A stretch of 62,732 nt of DNA, filler included, from Collodictyon triciliatum (taxonomy: Eukaryota), in the NCBI GenBank assembly GCA_043381765.1. It is 9 parts of 9 records of this genome, joined end to end, with 100 filler letters (N's around TTAATTAATTAA, not from the genome) between each part and the next. Parts side by side here need not be neighbours in the genome. Positions count along the whole stretch, not along the records: positions 50,527 to 57,832 come from JBHJMP010003965.1; positions 57,933 to 62,732 come from JBHJMP010003989.1; 7 more parts are not named here. One strand, 5' to 3'. The notes under the pieces were generated by a model. The model worked only from the letters and a program-made list of their open reading frames with translations, did not search any database and was not told the origin of the DNA. Position 1 is the stretch's first letter. The number at the start of each line of letters is the position of its first letter. A program made the position numbers and the translations under genes. Positions 53,601 to 62,732 of this stretch are shown here, piece by piece.

Positions 53601-56600
53601 TTTAAACTAGATAACATGCTTCTGTCAAAGCATAAAAAATATTTGCATTTTGTAATTGCAAAGGCGATTGAAGAGGAGAATTCGCCAAATTTAAATAGTG
53701 TTAGTCAAACATTAGCCTACCATTTCGAGAATGCACATGCATTTTCCATGGCTGCAGGTTGGCATGCTATATAGAACTGGTTAAATAGAATATTTTATAT
53801 TTTTCGTTCTATCTCGTATTTAATATGAAATGCAAGGTTTAATAAAGTAAAATCTTAGAATACTATGTAAGATCGGCAAGGTTGATGTTAAAGTATGGCT
53901 TTTACCAACCTGCTTTGAAGGTTTGTCTCAAGAACAAAACAAAACAAAAAAAAGAAACATTGAATACATAAGTGTGTTTCACGTTGTTGTTGTTTTTGTT
54001 GTTTTTCCTAGAAAAAAAAAAACAGTCACTGCCTCAATTCCAAATTCTTTTTTTAGTACATTAACCAAGCCTTAAGAATTATTGAGGAATATCACGTCGA
54101 GATATCAAACATCACTCTGGCATTTTGGATAATGATCTACTCGGAGATTTTGTTCATTACTGAAAATGTTACTGCTTGTGAAGAGTATATTTCTTAGATA
54201 ATTAGCTTTCTTTAAAAAAAATATGCAAATGGAAGTTTTTGTTATTGTTTTTTGTTTTGTTTTGTTTTGTTTTTTGTTTTTTGTTTTTTGTTTTTTGTTT
54301 TTTGTTTTTTGTTTTTTGTTTTTTGTTTTTTGTTTTTTGTTTTTTGTTTTTTTGTCATGTTTGGGGGTTTTCAGCTTCTTTTCGTCATCATTCTCATAAA
54401 ACATCAATCCTGTCAGACCAAGTAACCGAATTTTAAGGCTTATGGGGGCACAAATAGTCACATCCCGGATTGGACAAGAGATTTTTAAGTGGAAGCACGT
54501 AATTACTCATATGAAAGGATATGAGACCAGACATATTAATTACTTGAATTCAATGAAAAAGCCATATGAAGAAAATCCTAGCAGGCGAACAAGTAGATAT
54601 TTGCACCCAGCTATAAGTAGTATTCATGCTGAAGATGCCATTAATATTTTGAATCGTCCAACTTCCCAAACAAACCGAGTCAATATGGAGGATATGTCCA
54701 CTTACGAGCCACCTGCGCACAAGATCGAAGAGAAATTTGACACCGAAATATGTCATCTTTCTTTATCTTCTTCTTACGAGAAATTGGGATTTGTCTCTAT
54801 TCATCACAGAGACTTTGGCTCTGCAGAATTTTATTTTCACAAAGCATTATCGGCAGCAGAAAATAGCCCCCTGAGTATTCAATATATTAATTCGTATATC
54901 GGGCTGTCCATTTTTTTTTCTCTGGTGAATGAAAAAAAGAAGTGCAGGTTATATATCATTATTTCAAGTAAATGCCATATTATCTTGTAATTTTCAGCTC
55001 CATTAAAATAAATAACAATTAATTATAATGCCCTCTCTTCGAAATTATAGGGCATGTCTACAAGTAATCGACGGAATCATTGGGGACCAGTCCTACATGC
55101 AAGAGTATAGATGAATTACAATCGACTTTCGTGTACATTTATGTTCAGATTTTACTTTTACTGAGATTTCTGTGCATATTAAATTAATTTTAATAATAAA
55201 AAACTACATTTTCAGGATGATTGTGAATATTTATGTGGTGTCTTACAAGATATCGCAGATATTCTTCATGGAAGGTGAATTAATGACTTCGTATGAGAGA
55301 TTTGTTAAGTGTCTTTCAATTGCGAGAGAGAGAAAAAACATAACAGAACAGGTAAGCTTTTTACACAATTTTTGTCTTTTTTTGAAAAAACTTTTTTTTT
55401 TAAAAAAAAATCTATGTTGAGGAATTGAAATGACATTAAGACAATAAATTCCTCATACAGATAATCTGCTACAAAGATATAATCTTTTTGTCCTTATTTC
55501 GAATGAATCCAAATGAAAGCAAAGAACTTTTAAAAGATATGGAGTCTAGAATACGTTTGAAAGGAGATCCTACCAGTGTTTACTGGGGGCTAATTCTACA
55601 GACATTTGCATATGTTCGCTTTGGATTCGGTTCAAGGGAAATAATAACCAAAAGGTAAACCTTATCATATATGTTTTTTGTAAAGGGTGGGTAATTTTCA
55701 CTGTAAAAACACCATTTCTTCTGTTTAAATAACCAATTCTAGTAGGTTTACTTGTGTTCAAGTAGTTCACTTTTCATTTAGATTAACACAGAATTGTTTG
55801 GCAAACGCTACATCGATTGATTCTCTAAGCTTAGAGCAAATTATCGGGAGAAGCTTGCTTTGCTTTGTAGAGAATAATGTTGAAAAATTATTGCATGTGA
55901 ATTTTTTTCTTAAACAAGAATACTAGGTATAAATTCAAACCTCGTAGTCATAACGATTAACTAATGTTATTATCCCATCCAGCTTATTCATTCGCTGTGT
56001 AACGCACCTCCAACAAATTTTTCTATCCCGTTTGTACAAGGGATGTGTTTGGCTCTCTTTTTCCGTTTTGTTTCCACAAAATCAACAACGGCAGTAGAAA
56101 CCAAAGAAAAGGAGCTTATTCGAGACTGTATAGATGCTATCAATTTGGTTATGGAAGATTTTGCGTCTAGGTCATTTCATATGAAAGCATTCGCTGGTAT
56201 GTTCCTTCGATTTCGAGCATATCAAGAACTCACCAAAGGTGCTTTCAGGAGAAGTAGGCAGCTTCTTATCGAGTGAGTTTTTTTGTGATTGCATTTCTCT
56301 GTTTGATTTAATCCTATTCGATGTACTTTATAGTTATCTTGAGTATTTTATTCATCGTTTCATGCCTCATCAAAATTAAATAATATATTGATATTCTTTG
56401 GATCAAATGAAGGTGAAAAAATATTATCTCGATATCATTACAATTGATCAGATAACTTAAACAGTATCTAATTGATATGATACCTCTATTTGAGCTTACA
56501 TATTCATATCACCAGGAGACAAAATAAACCAACCAACCTATTCCCTTCGAATCCTAGCACATTATATTTTTTTATGAGCTGCTAATATCAGAAGTAAAAT

Positions 56601-56916
56601 TAAAAAAACTGAATACAGGTCTCACGCCAAATCCAAATTATATGGTGCGACTTATGATGAAGTTGCTGCAGGACACGAGCTTGAGCGACTACATCAGACT
56701 AAACTCCCAGCCGCACCGACCATGTATGCAAAGATACATACATGCATACATACATACATACATACATACATACATACATACATACATACATACATACATA
56801 CATACATACATACATACATACATACATACATANNNNNNNNNNNNNNNNNNNNNNNNNNNNNNNNNNNNNNNNNNNNNNNNNNNNNNNNNNNNNNNNNNNN
56901 NNNNNNNNNNNNNNNN

Positions 56917-57005
<89 letters not shown>

Positions 57006-57153
57006 AAATTTACTAAATAGCTATACGAAAACACCGATAATATCTGAAAACCTTATGGTTAATAGGAGGGATGCCTCTATTCAAGAAACTCATGACAGAA
57101 TGGCAAAGAGAGCTGTGTATGACTTTTGGAACTCACTGTCGTACATTATCTAA
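50690..57153 (+). CDS. Soluble adenylyl cyclase (ADCY10)-like protein: cyclase C2, STAND/AAA NTPase, TPR-like helical region; 5'-partial, many exons
   Basis: DDKGCVAIIAFGVPG…DDPYRAV…SIGCATGKVYCGDVGNRIRREYSLVGDSVNFAAHMM. Walker A EGDIGMGKT, Walker B FFIDDIH, then SGHPF and LAYHF motifs. The last exons splice in frame to TAA at 57153. Confidence 0.9.
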
Positions 57154-57511
57154 ACCTTTCATGGACAAGTTAATATGAATCAAATCATATTGCCTTCAAA
57201 CGCATCACACCCCACTACCTTTCTCATATTGTATCCATGCATGTCACTTTTTTTTTTCAATGAGCAACCTTTGTCAAATATTAAAAGAAAAAAGAATTCC
57301 CGGATTCAAAACATTAAGAAAAAAAAATGATAAGTTCATCGACAGCAAAAAAAAAAAAAAAAAAAATATAGATAAAATTAAGTATTCTTCAAAGGTTAAG
57401 CACTGTCCTATCTCCATATATTCAATATATTCGTTTCAGTTCGTGGCCATTCGCTCGCATGGATGCTACTTGGTGGCCGGGTGGCGGGGTAGTCGGTTAT
57501 CAGCAATTACA

Positions 57512-57832
57512 TCATGCGGTTTGGCCTGTAACCTGGTCTTGTGCTTGCATGAGAGATACAAGGCGAGGTTTAATATCTTTCTCAGCATCTTTCCACATGT
57601 CTCTTCTCACAGGGTCGGAGTAGTAGAGAACGTGCAGGTGGCGAAGGAAGCTGTTGAGGAAAGAGATTTGTATGATGTCATCCAGTCTATTATCAGGAAT
57701 GGGTGGCTGGTTGTTGAGTCTTGCTTTGCGTGAGTATATGCGTGCTATCCACATAGTCCATAGCAAATGGCCTCGCGTTACTACCCAGAATGTTTTTGCA
57801 TCTGGACGCAGCTGTTGCAGAGGCCCAAATAT
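57512..57832 (-). mobile_element. ORF2 C-terminus of a related but distinct LINE subfamily, cut by scaffold end
   Basis: FWVVTRGHLLWTMW…IQISFLNSFLRHLHVLYYSDPVRRDMW is homologous at protein level to LWTVTRGHMLWS…VQYSFLNSLLKHARILRYSDCKRREMW of the 18603-19732 element. Confidence 0.82.
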
Positions 57833-57932
57833 NNNNNNNNNNNNNNNNNNNNNNNNNNNNNNNNNNNNNNNNNNNNTTAATTAATTAANNNNNNNNNNNN
57901 NNNNNNNNNNNNNNNNNNNNNNNNNNNNNNNN

Positions 57933-58221
57933 AGAAGAAAAAGAAGAAAAAGAAGAAAAAAGAAAAAGAAAAAAGAAAAAGAAAAAAGAAAAAGAAAAAG
58001 AAAAAAGAAAAAGAAAAAAGAAAAAAGAAAAAAGAAAAAAGAAAAAGAAAAAGAAAAAAGAAAAAGAAAAAGAAAAAGAAAAGAAAAAAGAAAAAAGAAA
58101 AAAGAAAAAAGGAAAAGAAAAAAGAAAAAGAAAAAAGAAAAAGAAAAAGAAAAAGAAAAAGAAAAAGAAAAAGAAAAAGAAAAAGAAAAGAAAAAGAAAA
58201 AAGAGAAAAAAGAGAAAAAAA
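57933..58221. repeat. A/G purine-rich simple repeat at scaffold start
   Basis: (AAAAAG)/(AAAAAAG)-type tandem units. Confidence 0.9.
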
Positions 58222-58353
58222 ATTGCCAGTTGATAGGAAAATATATGCTGAAAAACGGCATAGAAGTATGTAATTATTAAATCGCCGTCTATGTCGTTTG
58301 GGAGCGACTACTGGAGTACAAGACTGAAAGGTGATTTAATTACTCAGCACACC

Positions 58354-61300
58354 ATGCGTCTCGGCATCTATGCTCTCTTTTCTGTTTCGGCGGTGGCGTT
58401 GAATGTGTACCAGGCATACTCTGTCCATCGCCAGTTTTACCCTACAGTCATTTTCCTTGTGAACAGCAACCTTAGTTCTTTGGTAAGTTACGTCTGTGAT
58501 GCACTTATTTACTTTCAGTTTTACTAAGAATATCGTGCTCGCTCCCAAAACTAAATGTAGTAAATTAATAGATATGGTAATAAAATAACAATCTAAAAGA
58601 AATAATGCCACTATTTTGTTCCTGAACAAGTTTCTTTCTTTTTTTATTTTTTATTCGATCCTCACTTTTATTCCTCTCTTACGAGCAACTTTTATTTAAA
58701 ATAATAATAATCCGCTATTCTAATATAATACTGTCGGGGCATAATCTTGTCTCTTACAATTAAATTTTCGTCTATTAAATTCTGTATGGAAATAATATGA
58801 GAACGTAGCAAAACACATTAAGTACCTTATTCCAATGTACATAGCTATTCTGGAATGTCTTCTTCCTGGTCTCCTTCCTTGTTCACCATATGATTCGTTT
58901 CCTGTTCTTTGGAAAACTGAGAGAACCTGAAAGAGAGGTTTTTTTTTTATCTTACGACAAACCAATCCCCATTTATATTTTTATCCCTCATAGGTGGAAC
59001 TTTGACCTTTTGTATTTTAAGAAAGAAATATGGAAAAAGTATTGTTCCTGCTTAAAAATAAATCTGTACATTCAGACTATAAGAGAGCAGCTTCGTCTCG
59101 CGGTAACTGAGACATTATTGGGGATGGCTATATTTCGTGAAGAGCTCAACAACCAATTTGTTTTACTTTTCTCCTTGATGTTGTTTTGGAAATCTTTCCA
59201 CTGGTTGTCCTCACAGCGAGTCGAATTTGTAAGTACCATACTCGATCCAACATCCATGTTATATCGTTCTTCGAATTAAATAAAGGAGAAAAAAATCCTT
59301 GTTAAATCGTTCATGTAGAAGATCCGACTATTGCACACCCGATTCTTCTCTATCACCTATTTATTTGATTATGCATCTATACATCCTATTTTTTTTATCT
59401 CTTTTTTCTTCCTTCTCTCCTTCCTTGCTTTGTCTACTGAGAAAGTTTTTACTTTTTTCCTGTGGTTAATATACAATATGATGATTATACATAAGCCGGA
59501 CACCCCTATTCAATTTTTTTTTAACTCAATGAAATGTAGTTCCAACAAATGCCAAATATGAGCGTCATTCAGCACATTCGGCTTTCTATGTTACTATTTC
59601 TTTTGATTGGGGTAGATATAGGATGTGTTTTTTATTACTTCAATACATACCTCGTCAAAGGTCCATCGGTTGTCCTTCTGTTCTGTTTCGAAGTTTGTGT
59701 TTATTATAACATTTCTAAAGCAATATTCTTGTGCACTATACTCAGCTTAGGTGATTATCATAAATGAATTGGTTTTAACAGTATTCCCTGCTGGTCACCT
59801 CGGCTACGTCGACCATCATGAAGTATACGATCTACATAATCGACCACTTTCGAAATGGAATGTGGGAATACCGCCGCTCCATGATTCTGTATCTAGAATT
59901 CAGCATAGACATTATCAATCTGACTATCTTTCTGGTTTTCTTCTCGACGATTGCCTCACATTATGGACTTCCCATGCACATTATTCGCGAATTTTACATC
60001 ACAATTCGCTCCATTTACATCCGTGTCAAAGAATTCATCCAATATCGCCGCAACATCGTTGGATTCGATCAAAGGTGCGTGTCCTCTTTTATTTTTATTT
60101 TTATATGGTATCTGATAAAACGCGTTACTGGCATTTAGTTCGGAATGAAATGATATCTTTGTACGCATCACAACCTTTTTCATCGCTTCAATTATTTTTT
60201 TTTTGAGAATGATTATACATATCCTTGCAATACCAATTTCTTTCTATTAATTTGGTAATAGAAATATTATGCATTACCAAAGTTACCAATAAAACAACAA
60301 TACTATAGAATATTATCCACATGATATGAAATAAATGTGAAGGAAGTAAATCAACACAAACATATAAGGAACTTTCCTTTTTTCTTCTATTTTTTTTTTA
60401 TGGCTGACATATAGACCACATATCATGAGACTGAAAACAAAAATATCAGATTCCCAGATGCAACTCCTCAGGAATTGGCTGCTGCCGATCGTACTTGTAT
60501 TGTTTGCCGGGAGGACATGATAGTTGCAAAGAAGCTTCAATGTGGCCACATGTTCCACCGCAACTGCCTAATCACCTGGATGGAGCGCAGTCAAATCTGC
60601 CCAACCTGTCGCGCACCATTCGACAGACGTGCTGAGGCAAACGCCCCTCCAAATGCCAATCCAAACATCAATCCAAACATCAATCCAAACATCAATCCAA
60701 ACATCAATCCAAACATCAATCCAAACATCAATCCAAACATCAATCCAAACGTCAATCCAAACGTCAATCCAAACGTCAATCCAAACATCAATCCGAATGC
60801 GCACCCAAACGCTCATCCCAATCTAAATGGCAACGTACACCTACCGCGCTTTGCAATCCCACCTGGAGTCGGAATCCACATACACGGACCGCACATGAAT
60901 CCAATCCTCGGACCGCACATCCACTTCCCACCATTTCTACCGCCACCCATGCCACAACCCATGCCACAACCCATGCCACAACCGGGGCCACAAACAGGCG
61001 CCCCTGCTCGTGCTGTTGGCTTTATGCAGGACCCGGACTTTGCGGTGCTTTTGGCTTCTCTGCAGGAGAGTGTGGATGCGGCGCAGGCCACGTTGATGCA
61101 GCTGCGGATTCTGCAGGAGCGCCACGCAAATTCCGTCCGAGGGCCACGTCCTCATCCGCATTCCGTCCAAGACACGTCACCGGAGACACCTGCGAGAGAC
61201 CCAACAAGCGATGCATCAGGAGACGCATCAAGAGATTCGGCAGGAGAGTCAGGAAGAGGTACCACAGGAGACGCATCACCCGACCCGCAGCCTGTGCCTC

Positions 61301-61410
61301 CAGCCGCAGACGATGCCCACTCACTAAGACAGGCACGGCTCCGTCGCTTCGAGCGCTCAGGCTCAGGCTCTGGGTCTGGTTCGGGCGCTGCAGAGGAAGC
61401 TAGAGACTGA
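58354..61410 (+). CDS. HRD1: ERAD E3 ubiquitin ligase HRD1/synoviolin
   Basis: [69 protein letters not shown], and RING-H2 CIVCREDM…CGHMFH…C…W…CPTC. Pro-rich tail ends LRQARLRRF. Confidence 0.95.
60658..60795 (+). repeat. Coding 12-bp minisatellite (AATCCAAACATC/GTC)n encoding NPNI/NPNV
   Basis: Direct tandem repeat in frame within HRD1. Confidence 0.95.
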
Positions 61411-61429
61411 CAACTGGCAATCCGCAACC

Positions 61430-61630
61430 CACAATCACAAATCACAAATCACAAATCACAAATCACAAATCACAAATCATGAGCCACAAAGCACGATAGA
61501 TGTCTATGTCTATGTCTATGTCTATGTCTATGTCTATGTCTATGTCTATGTCTATGTCTATGTCTATGTCTATGTCTATGTCTATGTCTATGTCTATGTC
61601 TATATCTGTGTCTATGTCTATATCTGTGTC
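61430..61630. repeat. (CACAAAT)n and (ATGTCT)n repeats 3' of HRD1
   Basis: Direct tandem repeats. Confidence 0.92.
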
Positions 61631-62103
61631 TGAGGCTGGGTTTTTGGCTGGGTGGGCTGCGCAGTCTATTCCCTCTGCCCGCTGCTGTTGCTGTCATTTA
61701 TGTGTTTGTGGCGGTAGAGCACGGCACGTGCGTTGATAGAAAAGAATGACACGTTCGCTAACGAAAGATAATTTTTTTTTTTTTGATAAACCCCATTCGA
61801 ATCATTGTTTTTTAGAAGAAAAACCATTTGATAGTTGATGTTAATATTTCTTACCTTCATTCTCACTTTCGTTCGCTCTTCTCTTTCTCCTTCCCGTTCT
61901 TGTTCTTTTTCTTTTTCTTTTTCTTTTTTTTTCTTTTTTTTCTTTCTGTCTGTGTGCTCATCAGTATTTGTGGGCTACCGCTTTGTTGCTTGTGCAGAGG
62001 AGCGTTTGGCCTGGAGAAGGAGAAGAAGGGGCAGGGAAGAGGCAGAAAAGAAAAAAAAGAGGAGAGAAGAAGCCGGTGCAGCCTTGCGGGCGGATCGCTG
62101 TGG

Positions 62104-62591
62104 ATGGAGGACACGCGTATTGTGGTTCATCGGCTGTTGCGGCAGCTGCCGCTTGATCTTCGGGCCGTGTGCGCTCGGTCGCGGCCGTCGGTGCTTCTTC
62201 TGCGCGAGTTGGTCCACGCCTCGAATCCCCAGAAGCTGGAGGAACGTTTGTGCAACCCTGCCTTTCTTTTCTTTCGCGCTCTGCCTCGCTGCCAGAGGCC
62301 TGATTCTCTTGTTATCTTGCTTTATCTGTTCATGGTGCACCAGTCGATAAGACTGGGTAATCCACTTTGTTCACGCTCCATATATCTGTGTTTGTGTTCA
62401 TGTTGCCAAGAAAAAGACGTGGTATGAGATATTATGTAGAGAGGGGGACGAGGAGCACTTTGACACCAGATGAAATATATAATCAAGACGATGAATCGGG
62501 AATGATATGAATCTTTTAGGCGGGATGCGACTAACACAAGCAGGCCAAGATGACGTGGGCAAGTTTATTGTCTCGTTGCATGAGTTGGAGG
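62104..62591 (+). CDS. Probable 5' exons of an unidentified gene, running off the window
   Basis: ATG-initiated GC-rich frame MEDTRIVV…SIRL joins through GTAATC…TTTAG in frame to GGMRLTQAGQDDVGKFIVSLHELE, followed by another GT donor. No family recognised. Confidence 0.45.
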
Positions 62592-62732
62592 TACTTCCAT
62601 TTCACCCCTGCCATTTTCTTTTCCTGTCCCCTTTTCTTTCTTGCTCTCCTTTTTTTCTCCTTTTTTTTTTTTTTTTTTTTTGTATTTTTCAGTACCCCGT
62701 GTTTTTTGGAAATACCTTTCCTTGGGCGGGCG

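Noticed and set aside
60658-61630. Tandem repeats as a CRISPR-like array
   Set aside because: No unique spacers; these are simple coding and non-coding mini/microsatellites in eukaryotic DNA.

Overview
This is eukaryotic DNA, probably from an intron-rich, microsatellite-rich protist; the species cannot be named from sequence alone. It is not one locus. Nine unrelated scaffolds, mostly about 7.3 kb, are joined by artificial 100-nt N/TTAATTAATTAA/N spacers, so gene neighbourhood across spacers means nothing. Most of the short ORFs in the track are exon fragments, shadows or microsatellite translations. Manual splicing with GT-AG introns and the standard code recovers these genes: an internally duplicated multi-TM protein, a large Ser-rich protein, tRNA-Asp(GTC), a membrane class III cyclase-like protein with both catalytic domains degenerate, a talin-type FERM head fused to one filamin repeat, a TKL pseudokinase, a formin, an orphan EXS (XPR1/PHO1-like) fragment, a GC-rich FG-GAP single-pass receptor, an NFRKB-like DEUBAD protein, a cytosolic LRR kinase, mitochondrial DLST, an IPT/TIG-REJ-GPS receptor, a soluble-AC-like cyclase-STAND-TPR protein and HRD1. 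There are also five fragments of L1/Tx1-like non-LTR retrotransposons. I found no demonstrable new multi-gene system. The best novelty candidates are the talin-head/filamin fusion, the possibly bacterial-derived FG-GAP receptor, and several catalytically degenerate signalling enzymes. All family assignments come from motif recognition by eye, not database searches.
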